The notes under the pieces: model-generated
Told to the model about the DNA's origin: nothing
The model's input: the letters and a program-made list of their open reading frames with translations, nothing else
The model's database searches: none
Shown: positions 37,992 through 47,346 of the stretch, in pieces
Position numbering within the stretch: the first letter of the stretch is position 1
Layout of the letters: each line of letters begins with the position of its first letter
Made by a program: the position numbers and the translations under genes
Assembly (NCBI GenBank): GCA_001774395.1
Contig: MEZX01000002.1
Location: 402,108 to 466,107, forward strand
Length of the DNA: 64,000 nucleotides
Direction: 5' to 3'
From: Candidatus Berkelbacteria bacterium RIFCSPLOWO2_01_FULL_50_28
GTDB lineage: Bacteria > Patescibacteriota > UBA1384 > 2-12-FULL-50-11

Positions 37992-38855
37992 ATGAAAAAA
38001 GGCAGCAGCCTAATCTTAGTGGCAATTATTATGGCCGGAATCATCGCGGTGGTTTTTGGCTCCTACCGTTTAGCACTGGTGCAATTCAACCAATCAACGC
38101 GTGATGAAGACAAGATGTTCGCCTACTACGCCGCGAATGCCGGTATTGAGGACGGGCTGATTCGTTTTCGCTACAACCGCGACGCCGAAACACCTGTAGA
38201 TAAGTTTTCGCGGCTCAATCTAACTACTGGCCATCCTTACGGCGATACCGATCAACCGCTAAAACAGATGAACGATTACGAACCGACGGATCAGTATTAC
38301 GACCTGCAGTTGAAGTTCAAGGTTGACGCGATCGGATTTGACGGCGTGGCCCCGGGCAGGCTGACTAAGGATAGTACCTTACAACTTTCGGGTTTCTCGT
38401 CGCAAAGTAACCCGTATTATTTACGCTATAAGTTCAGATTCTTGAATTCTTGCACAGGGGGAGTGGTGCAGATTCAACAGTTGCGTGAAACGCCGTCCGG
38501 TGCTCAAGTGCTTTACAGCCAAAAAACAATTCGCCAGACAGCAGGCGATACGTACGATTCTAAAGATGTAGAGAACATGCTTGTCGGTGCCGCGAACGAA
38601 CTAACTAGTGTGTTCCGTCTGCGGAACTACAGCTGTCCGATCGACTTCTCCTTTCAGACCGTTACTGGTATCACCAACGAGGTTAAGGCGAATGTACAAT
38701 TTGACGGCTTAAAAACCTATGCTATTTCAACTGGCTACTTCGCCGGAACGAAACGGACTCTTGTAGCCGAGATTGATCGACGATCAGGGCAGCTTATCTC
38801 AATTTACGACTTCAATTTATACGCCGGGCAAGGTTCAATCAGTCCGAATCCGTAG
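37992..38855 (+). CDS. Minor pilin (PilX-like)
   Basis: KG/SSLIL lacking Glu5; AYYAANAGIE. Confidence 0.8.
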   Translation: MKKGSSLILVAIIMAGIIAVVFGSYRLALVQFNQSTRDEDKMFAYYAANAGIEDGLIRFRYNRDAETPVDKFSRLNLTTGHPYGDTDQPLKQMNDYEPTDQYYDLQLKFKVDAIGFDGVAPGRLTKDSTLQLSGFSSQSNPYYLRYKFRFLNSCTGGVVQIQQLRETPSGAQVLYSQKTIRQTAGDTYDSKDVENMLVGAANELTSVFRLRNYSCPIDFSFQTVTGITNEVKANVQFDGLKTYAISTGYFAGTKRTLVAEIDRRSGQLISIYDFNLYAGQGSISPNP

Positions 38856-38889
38856 ACAAAACCGGAGTCTTGAGGCATATTGAACCGAC

Positions 38890-39306
38890 ATGTTGACTAT
38901 AACCGTGCACACCGATGGTGCCTCACGAGGTAACCCCGGCCCATCAGCTGTCGCTTATGTAATTCAAGGCGTAAATCAGGAACCAATAAAGTTTTCGCAG
39001 ACGGTTGGAATTTTACCCAACAACCAAGCGGAGTACCGGGCGCTTATCTCTGCGCTCGAAAAGATGTTGGAAATAAACCCAAAAGATGCGGTGATCAGCT
39101 TTTTTGCCGATTCTGAGCTTATGGTACGTCAGATAAAAGGGGAGTATCGAGTGAAAAACGCCGGCATCGCCTCGCTCTATCATCAGGTTACCGACGGCTT
39201 GGACTCGCTTCGACGCGGGGGCAATAGCTACTCGTTTACGGCAATTCCCCGGGAAGAGAACAAAGAGGCCGACCGTCTCTGCAACAAGGCGCTTGATTCG
39301 GTTTAA
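38890..39306 (+). CDS. rnhA: Ribonuclease HI
   Basis: TDGASRGNPG, NNQAEY, DSELMVRQ, PREENKEADRL. Confidence 0.93.
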   Translation: MLTITVHTDGASRGNPGPSAVAYVIQGVNQEPIKFSQTVGILPNNQAEYRALISALEKMLEINPKDAVISFFADSELMVRQIKGEYRVKNAGIASLYHQVTDGLDSLRRGGNSYSFTAIPREENKEADRLCNKALDSV

Positions 39307-39310
39307 ATCA

Positions 39311-40426
39311 ATGTGGCGACGACTTGCAAATCTGCCCATAGATTGGCTACTGTTGCTACTGCCAATTCTCCTGTCGGTAACCGGGATAGTGACGGTTTAT
39401 ACGATTACCTACAGCCAGGCAGGCGGTGATTTTGCTCCCGACCAAATAAAGTTTGCCTTAATTGGGCTGGTATTAATGCTGACACTGACGTTTTACGATT
39501 ACCGTTTTTTGCGGAGCTACGGCGTCATATTCTACGTTCTGGGTTTGGCGTTACTTCTCACACTGTTACCGTTTATTGCCCCGAGCTTACCTTTTACGCT
39601 CAAGATATACGGCGCCTATCGCTGGTTGGATTTTGGAGCATTTCAACTCCAGCCGTCAGAGTTATTCAAGTTTATCGCAGCAGTGTTTGGTGCGGCAGTC
39701 TTGGCTAACTATATCGGACGGATAAACTGGAGGAGAGCCACTGCATTCATCGTCTTGGCACTCGTTCCTGTGCTACTGACCGCAGTTCAGCCAGATTTAG
39801 GTACGGCCTCAGTTCTATTTATTATATTTTTGGGCATATTCTTTGCGGCCCTACCGCCGGGGAAGATCGTCATCGCCCTTATCTTGGCAACTCTAGTTCT
39901 TGTGCCGATAGGTTGGAGTAACCTCCAGGGTTACCAGAAGCAACGAATTGAAACGTTCCTAAACCCAAGTGCTAGTCCGTCGGCTGAGGGGTATAACGTG
40001 CGGCAGTCTGTAATTGCGATTGGCTCAGGAGGATTGACCGGCCGAGGTTTTGGCCAAGGCTCACAAACCGCCCTTAGTTTTCTGCCGGTGGCTTATACCG
40101 ACTTTGTCTTTGCCGGGTTCGCCGAAGCTACGGGACTTGTCGGTTCGTCGGTTCTGCTATTGTTATACGGTATTCTCATCTGGCGTATCATCATGATTGC
40201 CAGAGAAACAACGGACCCCTTCGCTCAGCTATTAGCTATTGGTTTTGCGAGCAAATTTCTGTTTCAAATGACTGTGCACGTCGGGATGAACATGGGGCTT
40301 CTCCCCGTAACTGGCATTCCGTTACCATTTATGTCTTACGGCGGTACCGCTCTTGTCATCGACTTGGCTGCGATCGGTATTCTGCAAAGCATACATATCA
40401 GGCACAAAAAGATTAATTTTAGGTAA
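39311..40426 (+). CDS. rodA: SEDS glycosyltransferase RodA
   Basis: QPSELFK, QPDLGT, YQKQRI, IAIGSGG, TDF, PVTGIPLPFMSYGG. Confidence 0.92.
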   Translation: MWRRLANLPIDWLLLLLPILLSVTGIVTVYTITYSQAGGDFAPDQIKFALIGLVLMLTLTFYDYRFLRSYGVIFYVLGLALLLTLLPFIAPSLPFTLKIYGAYRWLDFGAFQLQPSELFKFIAAVFGAAVLANYIGRINWRRATAFIVLALVPVLLTAVQPDLGTASVLFIIFLGIFFAALPPGKIVIALILATLVLVPIGWSNLQGYQKQRIETFLNPSASPSAEGYNVRQSVIAIGSGGLTGRGFGQGSQTALSFLPVAYTDFVFAGFAEATGLVGSSVLLLLYGILIWRIIMIARETTDPFAQLLAIGFASKFLFQMTVHVGMNMGLLPVTGIPLPFMSYGGTALVIDLAAIGILQSIHIRHKKINFR

Positions 40427-40528
40427 CAGCGTTTTCAAGGTTTGTTCGATTTGAGTGAATACCTCGTCCGCTTGCGGCGAGGATGAAAGCCTTCATTCGA
40501 CGAACGCTCCTCGATCCAACCCAGTCGG

Positions 40529-40690
40529 CTTGCCGCGGGGTGCCGAGGGGTGTTTGATTTTTCAAACAAACAACCCTCAATCATACTGTTGACTTGCCGC
40601 GGGGTGCCGAGGGGTGTTTGATTTTTCAAACAAACAACCCTCAATCATACTGTTGACTTGCCGCGGGGTGCCGAGGGGTGTTTGATTTTT
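40529..40690. repeat. 64-bp tandem repeat, about 2.5 identical copies
   Basis: CTTGCCGCGGGGTGCCGAGGGGTGTTTGATTTTT starts at 40529, 40593 and 40657, with identical 30-bp linkers. Confidence 0.95.
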
Positions 40691-40725
40691 TCGGCTGAAT
40701 GATGTACTATTTCCTCTGTTACATC

Positions 40726-41106
40726 ATGGCAAACAAGATCGATAATTGGACAATAATTGAATTGGGCGGCAAGCAACATCTGGTGCGGCCCGGCAGCCGT
40801 GTGAGTGTAAACCGCTTAGATCGAGCGGAAGGGGATCTATTCGAGCTACCGAATATGCTTGATGGCAGCCCGGTCGCCGTGAAGGTTTTGAGTCACGAAA
40901 AGGGCGAAAAAATCCGTGGTCTGAAATTCAAAAACAAAGTTCACTACTTGCGTCATTACGGTCATCGGCAGCAACTTAGCATTGTTGAAGTCCTGCCCAC
41001 GGCGCCGAAATCAGAGAAGGCTGCAACCGTAGCCAAAGCCACCAAGCCAAAAGTAACTCCAGTTAAGAATATCACGACCAAAAAAGTCAGCGTAAAGAAA
41101 AAGTGA
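40726..41106 (+). CDS. rplU: 50S ribosomal protein L21
   Basis: IIELGGKQH, KGEKI, YGHRQ; Lys-rich tail. Confidence 0.92.
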   Translation: MANKIDNWTIIELGGKQHLVRPGSRVSVNRLDRAEGDLFELPNMLDGSPVAVKVLSHEKGEKIRGLKFKNKVHYLRHYGHRQQLSIVEVLPTAPKSEKAATVAKATKPKVTPVKNITTKKVSVKKK

Positions 41107-41294
41107 TGGTAAATCTTTCACCGGCTAAGTTTATTGGGACAACCGTTGAGGAGGGTAAAAAAGTTATCTGGCCGAACCGGGAGTTAGTTATACGCCACAC
41201 TGTTATGGTTGTAGTGACGATTGGAATCGGGGTTTTAATATTCGCCGGAGTTGATTTTGGCTTTCAGAAGCTGGTACTATTAGCGATCAAATAA
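41103..41294 (+). CDS. secE: Preprotein translocase SecE
   Basis: E.KKVIWP, one TM, VD; upstream of nusG. Confidence 0.92.
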   Translation: MMVNLSPAKFIGTTVEEGKKVIWPNRELVIRHTVMVVVTIGIGVLIFAGVDFGFQKLVLLAIK

Positions 41295-41902
41295 TGGACA
41301 ACGATAAAGACCTTAAAAACGATACACCGACCAACGATTTGGCAAACGCTGCCGAAACCGGGGTGAATCGTCAGGCCGGACAAGCGGGTTGGTATGTAAT
41401 CCACACCTACGCTGGCTACGAAGACCAAGTAGCCGACAATATCAAACAGCGCACGACGAATCTGAAGATGCAGGATTTTATCTTTGACGTGATCGTACCG
41501 AAAGAAAAACAAATTGAAATTAAAAATGGCAAGCGCCGCACAGTAGAAAAGCGGAGTTTCCCCGGGTACGTCTTTGTGAATATGATTGTTACTGACGAGT
41601 CCTGGTACGTTGTCCGTAACACTCCTTCTGTAACTGGGTTCTTAGGTTCCGGCGTTCGTCCGACACCAATTCCGCAGTCGGAAGTGGATACTATTAAAGC
41701 TCGCATGGCTAAAGACGAGCCCGAACATAAGGTTGACCTCAAGACTGACGATTTGGTGCGCATTTCCGACGGCCCCCTAAAGGGTTACGAAGGAAAGGTC
41801 ACCGAAGTTGATCCGGAAAAGGGCAAGATTAAAGTATCGGTCTCAATGTTCGGTCGTGAGACACCCGTGAACTTAGATTTTCTTCAAGTGAAGAAAATGT
41901 AA
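41294..41902 (+). CDS. nusG: Transcription factor NusG
   Basis: WYVIHTYAGYE, FPGYV, VRNTP.VTGF, KOW domain, FGRETP. Confidence 0.97.
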   Translation: MDNDKDLKNDTPTNDLANAAETGVNRQAGQAGWYVIHTYAGYEDQVADNIKQRTTNLKMQDFIFDVIVPKEKQIEIKNGKRRTVEKRSFPGYVFVNMIVTDESWYVVRNTPSVTGFLGSGVRPTPIPQSEVDTIKARMAKDEPEHKVDLKTDDLVRISDGPLKGYEGKVTEVDPEKGKIKVSVSMFGRETPVNLDFLQVKKM

Positions 41903-41956
41903 GTAATAACCAAATCACCAAATAATCCAATAATCAAAAGTAACTACTAATAAAAA

Positions 41957-42382
41957 ATGGCTAAGAAAATAAAGACAATCGTAAAACTTCAAGCACAAGC
42001 AGGCAAGGCCACCCCGGCGCCACCAGTTGGTACCGCTCTCGGTCCGCACGGCATTGCGCTGATGGATTTCGTGACCCAATTCAACGAGCGGACGAAGCCG
42101 ATGGGCGACACCGTCGTGCCGGTGGAAGTAACAATTTACGAAGATCGAACGTTTAGCTTTATCACCAAAACTCCGCCCGCTGCCAATCAGCTACTTAAAG
42201 CTGCCAAGATTGAAAAAGGTTCCGGGAATCCCAAAAAGGAAAAAGTCGGCAAGGTGTCCAAAGCCGACGTTCGCGCGATCGCCGAAAACAAAATGGACGA
42301 CCTGAACGCCCGCACAATAGAGCAAGCCATGAAGATTGTCGAGGGCACCGCCCGCTCGATGGGCATTGAAGTCGAAAAGTAA
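41957..42382 (+). CDS. rplK: 50S ribosomal protein L11
   Basis: [22 protein letters not shown]. Confidence 0.98.
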   Translation: MAKKIKTIVKLQAQAGKATPAPPVGTALGPHGIALMDFVTQFNERTKPMGDTVVPVEVTIYEDRTFSFITKTPPAANQLLKAAKIEKGSGNPKKEKVGKVSKADVRAIAENKMDDLNARTIEQAMKIVEGTARSMGIEVEK

Positions 42383-42383
42383 A

Positions 42384-42545
42384 ATGAGCCTATCTTTCTA
42401 CATCGTGGCTTTGCTGATCATTGGAATGGTGCTTTGGGCTATCAATCGCAAGAAGAATAGTCGAGTTCTGTATTGGGCTTCGATTACTTGCTTTGTTTTT
42501 GATATATTTGGACTTCTCTTAGTGATCTTTCACATAGGTTCGTGA
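42384..42545 (+). CDS. Small two-TM hypothetical protein
   Basis: ATG one base after the rplK stop, two hydrophobic segments, terminator-like hairpin follows. Confidence 0.5.
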   Translation: MSLSFYIVALLIIGMVLWAINRKKNSRVLYWASITCFVFDIFGLLLVIFHIGS

Positions 42546-42701
42546 TTTTTATTTTTGAGGATACGGAAAAAGCCACCGCTTACGCAGTGGCCTTTCCCTT
42601 AACCTCCCAAACGCTTGGCGACCTCCTTGTAGAATTGTGCGCGGTCATATTTTAAGCCGCGGGTGCCAAGCCATTTCGAAGTTCTAGAAATTTAGCATAA
42701 T

Positions 42702-43802
42702 ATGGGGAGGATGTCAAGAGTAAAATCGTGGTTTAAAGGCTCGAGCGTTGAGGACATCCTCTCGGTGGGTGATCTGGAGCCGATCGGGCCGATCAGCTGG
42801 CAGAAACTTTACCGAAGCTTCCCGAGTTTTGTGAATCTTCTTACTGCCCCAAAAAGCAAACTCTTGCAGGCCGGTCTTACCGATCACCAAGCAAATGTTC
42901 TGAGCCGTCGTCCGAAAAATCTTGAAGCGCAAAAGCATTTGCTAACAAGCAAGAGTATATCACTTCTCAGCATTGACGATAAAAACTATCCACCGTTATT
43001 GAGGGAGATTAACGATCCGCCGCTCTGGCTCTATTATCGAGGCGATGTCTCGGCACTCTCCACCACAACCCTCACGGTGGTCGGCACGCGCAAACCATCG
43101 CCGTACGCCCTGCAAGCGATAAAGAGATTGTTGCCTGACTTTGTGGTCAGTAACCTTACAATTGTCTCTGGGCTAGCATATGGCATAGATAAACAGGCGC
43201 ATATGCTTTCTTTAGAAAATAACCATCCGACTGTCGCTGTGTTAGCTGGTGGGTTAGACTCAATTTACCCGGCCGATCACTCGCAATTAGCGCAAAAAAT
43301 AATTGACGGCGGTGGAGTGTTAGTAAGTGAGTATCCGCCGCTCTCGCGTCCGCGTCCGGCGCGGTTTCCAGTGCGTAATCGCATTATCGCCGGACTGTCG
43401 CGACTCACAGTCGTTATCGAAGCGGCAATTAGATCCGGCTCGCTCACAACGGCCAAGTCTGCCCTCGACTATAACCGCGAAATTTTTGCCGTCCCGGCTG
43501 ATATCTTGCGACGAGATGCAGACGGAACAAATTTCTTAATTAAGCACGGGGCGACGTTGTTGGATAATCCCAGTCAGATTGCTGAGTTTTACGGTTTCAA
43601 AGCCAATACACTTGACGACGTGGCAGTTGACAGCGCTAACGGTAAACTCTTAGACTTGATAATTAAGGCTCCTCTGTCGGTGGACACGTTAGTTGAACTA
43701 ACCGGATCCCCAATCGAGGAAGTCTTAGGAATCCTGACCGAACTGGAAATCGGCGGTCAGGTTTTTCAGCCGCAAAATGGCTACTATCAGAGAAGAAAAT
43801 AA
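42702..43802 (+). CDS. dprA: DNA-processing protein DprA
   Basis: YPPLLREI.DPP, VVGTR, VSGLAYGID, FPVRNRIIAGLS, SGSL.TA. Confidence 0.96.
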   Translation: MGRMSRVKSWFKGSSVEDILSVGDLEPIGPISWQKLYRSFPSFVNLLTAPKSKLLQAGLTDHQANVLSRRPKNLEAQKHLLTSKSISLLSIDDKNYPPLLREINDPPLWLYYRGDVSALSTTTLTVVGTRKPSPYALQAIKRLLPDFVVSNLTIVSGLAYGIDKQAHMLSLENNHPTVAVLAGGLDSIYPADHSQLAQKIIDGGGVLVSEYPPLSRPRPARFPVRNRIIAGLSRLTVVIEAAIRSGSLTTAKSALDYNREIFAVPADILRRDADGTNFLIKHGATLLDNPSQIAEFYGFKANTLDDVAVDSANGKLLDLIIKAPLSVDTLVELTGSPIEEVLGILTELEIGGQVFQPQNGYYQRRK

Positions 43803-43930
43803 CCCAATAACCAAATCATCGAATAATCGAAACATGATAGAATCGCCAAATTACCAAACTTTGAACATTTCGTCATTCAAAAATTCTTTGAAGATTTGGA
43901 TATTTGATGATTCGATAATTAATTTTTCAG

Positions 43931-46216
43931 ATGTCTAAGAATTTAGTCATCGTTGAAAGCCCGGCCAAAGCCAGAACTATCAATCAGTATCTGGGCAGTG
44001 ACTACGTAGTTAAAGCCTCATTTGGGCACATCCGTGATCTGCCAAAAACAAAGCTAGGCATTGAACCGGAGCACGATTTTGCCGTCCAGTACCAGGCAAT
44101 TCCCAGAGCAAAGTCCGTGATTAAGGAGCTTCAAACAGAACTCTCCACAGCCGATGCGCTCTATCTGGCACCCGATCCTGATCGCGAAGGTGAGGCGATC
44201 GCCTGGCATCTGGTGGCTCAGCTCAAACCAAAGGTTCCCGTGCATCGCATCTCTTTTCACGAAATTACCAAGCCGGCAATTGAGGCGGCGATAAAAAATC
44301 CACGCGATATCTCGATCAATCTAGTTGATGCTCAACAAGCCAGGCGAATTCTTGACCGATTAGTTGGTTACAAATTGTCGCCGTTCTTGTGGAAAAAAGT
44401 TTATCGAGGGCTGTCGGCTGGTCGCGTGCAGTCAGTCGCCGTCCGGCTCATTGTTGAACGCGAGCGCGAAATTAAGGCGCATAAAGTTCGTGAATTCTGG
44501 ACTATCGAAGCAGTGATGAAAACAAAAGACGGACTTGCCCACCGAAGCCCTCGCCTTGCCGAAGCCGTCGGCGAAGCGCAGGCCGGCGAAGGTGGAGAGT
44601 TCAAGGCCTATCTTGCCGACTCGAAAACCGCCGTCAAGGCCGAGTTTGGCAGTGACGCCGAAGCGCAAAAAGTTGTCCATCAAATCCAGAAGGCTTCACT
44701 CACGGTAACTTCGCTTGAAGTGACGCAGTCGCAGATTAAGCCTTCCGCTCCGCTCATCACATCAACTCTGCAACAAGCGGCGGCACGAGCGTTGAATTTT
44801 TCTGCCAAGCGAACGATGAAAATTGCCCAGGACCTTTACGAAGGAATTGACATCGGGGGCAAAGGAACGGTGGCTCTTATAACGTATATGCGAACTGATT
44901 CCTACCAGATGTCGCAGACTGCCAAAAAGGCAGGCAATGAGCTGATCGCCAAAAACTACGGCGCCAAGTACTTGCCTGAAACCGCCAACGTCTTCGGCCG
45001 TAAGGTGAAGGGTGCTCAAGAAGCACACGAGGCCATTCGCCCGACAGACTTTACGATTAAACCCGAGGATATCAAGGACAAAGTGAATCGTGATTATTAC
45101 GGTCTTTACAAGCTAATTTGGCAGTCTGCGCTATCGTCGCTGATGAGCCCTTCCATTGTTGAATCCACCACAGCCGTTATTGACGGTGCAACTAAAAATC
45201 GCCTCATTGCTCGTGGCCGCAAGCTGCTGTTCGACGGCCACCTAAAATTGAATGCTAACAACGATGAGCGTTTTGAAGCCCTGCCAAAACTTACTAAGGG
45301 CGAAGGCGTGAAGGTGAAACAAATTTTGCCGGAGCAACACTTCACTGAACCGCCCGCTCGTTACTCAGAAGCTAGCCTTGTTAAAGAACTGGAAAAGCGG
45401 GGGATTGGGCGACCGTCCACTTACGCCCCAATAATGTCGACCATTGTTGATCGCGGTTACGTTCTGCGTCAAACCGGGCGCTTCGTGCCGCAAAGCGTGG
45501 CGGAGGTAGTGACAGATCTCTTGGTCGAAAACTTTCCGAAAATTGTCGACTACGATTTCACAGCCGAAATGGAAGACGACCTAGACGATATCGCCGAAGG
45601 CAGTAAAAAGATGGTGCCGGTGTTGCACGCATTTTACGATCCATTTGCCGCATTGTTGGAAGAAAAAACTAAGACCGTCAAAAAAAGTGAGATTACAGAA
45701 GAGGCGACCGACCAGAAATGTCCGAAATGCGCAAAACCGGTGGTCATAAAACTTGGCCGTTTCGGCAAGTTCTACTCCTGCACTGGTTTTCCGGAGTGTA
45801 AATACACCGCGCCGTACTTGGATGACAAGTTCAACAAGGAAGAAGAAAAGGAGCTGGCCCAAGAAGTAAAGGGTAAGTGTGAAAAATGTGGCGGAGAGTT
45901 AGTCCTAAAGCAAAGCCGGTTCGGCACATTTATTGGCTGCGCCAATTACCCAAAGTGCAAGTTCACCAAAAGCATCATCATCGGATCAGGGGTTAAATGC
46001 CCCGACTGCGGTAAAGAGATCATTCGCCGCTCGTCGCGCCGCGGCAAAGTTTTCTGGGGCTGTTCCGGCTATCCGAAATGTAAGAAGGCCTTCTGGGATG
46101 AGCCGTTAAACGAGAAGTGTCCTGATTGTGGCAACCTTCTCATCAATAAAAAATCCGGCATCGCGTGCAGCCAGTGCGACTTTACGAAGGAAGAAAAGGT
46201 TTCTTCCACGAAGTAG
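43931..46216 (+). CDS. topA: DNA topoisomerase I
   Basis: LVIVESPAKA, DPDREGE, SAGRVQS, LITYMRTDS, QEAHEAIRPT, C-terminal Zn ribbons; 22-aa insertion. Confidence 0.97.
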   Translation: MSKNLVIVESPAKARTINQYLGSDYVVKASFGHIRDLPKTKLGIEPEHDFAVQYQAIPRAKSVIKELQTELSTADALYLAPDPDREGEAIAWHLVAQLKPKVPVHRISFHEITKPAIEAAIKNPRDISINLVDAQQARRILDRLVGYKLSPFLWKKVYRGLSAGRVQSVAVRLIVEREREIKAHKVREFWTIEAVMKTKDGLAHRSPRLAEAVGEAQAGEGGEFKAYLADSKTAVKAEFGSDAEAQKVVHQIQKASLTVTSLEVTQSQIKPSAPLITSTLQQAAARALNFSAKRTMKIAQDLYEGIDIGGKGTVALITYMRTDSYQMSQTAKKAGNELIAKNYGAKYLPETANVFGRKVKGAQEAHEAIRPTDFTIKPEDIKDKVNRDYYGLYKLIWQSALSSLMSPSIVESTTAVIDGATKNRLIARGRKLLFDGHLKLNANNDERFEALPKLTKGEGVKVKQILPEQHFTEPPARYSEASLVKELEKRGIGRPSTYAPIMSTIVDRGYVLRQTGRFVPQSVAEVVTDLLVENFPKIVDYDFTAEMEDDLDDIAEGSKKMVPVLHAFYDPFAALLEEKTKTVKKSEITEEATDQKCPKCAKPVVIKLGRFGKFYSCTGFPECKYTAPYLDDKFNKEEEKELAQEVKGKCEKCGGELVLKQSRFGTFIGCANYPKCKFTKSIIIGSGVKCPDCGKEIIRRSSRRGKVFWGCSGYPKCKKAFWDEPLNEKCPDCGNLLINKKSGIACSQCDFTKEEKVSSTK
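44531..44596. repeat. In-frame nested palindromic insertion in topA
   Basis: GGACTTGCCCACCGAAGCC...GGCGAAGGTGGA, 66 nt, homologous to 59115-59147. Confidence 0.8.
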
Positions 46217-46240
46217 GATTTTAGGTATACTCCCATAGTA

Positions 46241-46876
46241 ATGAAAAGCATTTTGCCAAAGTCCGTTGAGAAACTCTCCGAGGTCCTTGCCTCGCTTCCT
46301 GGCGTCGGCCCCAAAACCGCCAACCGTTTAACGTTCTATTTACTCGGTCGCAACGACGAGGAGCTGAAAAAATTCGGTGAGGCTTTTGGAACGCTTAAAG
46401 ATAATCTCACCATTTGTTCGCAGTGTTTTATTGTTACAGAAACTGACCCGTGCCCAATCTGTGCCGATGACACGCGTGAGAGAACTAAGATGGCGGTAGT
46501 CGAGGAACCACTTGATGTTCTGGCGCTTGAGAAAGCCCATTTCAATGGGATATATCATGTTTTGGGCGGGCAGATTTCACCAATCAATAACGTCGGTCCA
46601 GAAGATCTGAAGATTAAAGAATTACTGGAGCGATTGACCACGGATGATTTCAAGGAAGTGATCTTGGCGATGGACCCGACGTTGGAAGGGGAAGCAACCG
46701 TAATGTATGTGGACGAGAAAATTGCCGAGGCTCGCCATGGAAGAAAAGGCGCCGCAAAGCTCATTGTTTCTCGCTTAGCTCGAGGACTTCCCGTGGGGGG
46801 AGACTTGGAGTACGCCGACGAACTAACACTCACTCGCGCCCTAGAAGGTCGGCGCAGCTACTCCTCGCCCGACTAA
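46241..46876 (+). CDS. recR: Recombination mediator RecR
   Basis: LPGVGPKTA.RL, C4 zinc finger, VVEEP, YHVLGG, EGEAT, ALEGR. Confidence 0.97.
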   Translation: MKSILPKSVEKLSEVLASLPGVGPKTANRLTFYLLGRNDEELKKFGEAFGTLKDNLTICSQCFIVTETDPCPICADDTRERTKMAVVEEPLDVLALEKAHFNGIYHVLGGQISPINNVGPEDLKIKELLERLTTDDFKEVILAMDPTLEGEATVMYVDEKIAEARHGRKGAAKLIVSRLARGLPVGGDLEYADELTLTRALEGRRSYSSPD

Positions 46877-46917
46877 GTATCTTGTCATCTAATGTTCAAA
46901 ACAATAAAGTAGACACA

Positions 46918-47169
46918 ATGAAGCCAGATCACACCGAAGAATACATCTGCAACAACTGCGGTTACACCAGCCCGGTGGCTAATGATGCTTGTCCCGAATG
47001 CAAATCACCGATGGCAAAACTCGACGACGGCGAAGCCCACCGTGGCACTTCGACGCAAGAGGGCGATGAAGTGGACGACTCTCATTACAACAGTGACGGT
47101 ATGGAATCGTTAGAAGCCTTACGGGCCAAGGAAGATAGCGAAGACGACCCTCCGTTTGACGACGCGTAA
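46918..47169 (+). CDS. Small rubredoxin-like/zinc-ribbon protein with acidic tail
   Basis: YICNNCGY...CPECK followed by an Asp/Glu-rich region. Confidence 0.6.
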   Translation: MKPDHTEEYICNNCGYTSPVANDACPECKSPMAKLDDGEAHRGTSTQEGDEVDDSHYNSDGMESLEALRAKEDSEDDPPFDDA

Positions 47170-47235
47170 TAAAGTATTTCTCAAGATTAAATAGTTGAAT
47201 ATTTTGTGGCAAACACTGCCACGCATTTATGGGTA

Positions 47236-47268
47236 CAAAAAACGGGCCCGGCGTTGCCGCCAGGCCCA
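47236..47268 (-). terminator. Intrinsic terminator of the radical SAM gene
   Basis: Minus strand GGGCCTGGCG-GCAA-CGCCGGGCCC-GTTTTTT. Confidence 0.75.
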
Positions 47269-47346
47269 AGATGTTTCAACTTACCGCCCTTTCCTTCCAC
47301 CTATGTGTTCGGTAGGAATCACGGTTTACGGTCAGTTGAGGGACCG

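Noticed and set aside
40529-40690. CRISPR array (34-bp repeat, 30-bp spacers)
   Set aside because: Both spacers are identical, the hairpin spans the repeat/spacer boundary, and no cas genes are in the window; treated as a tandem repeat
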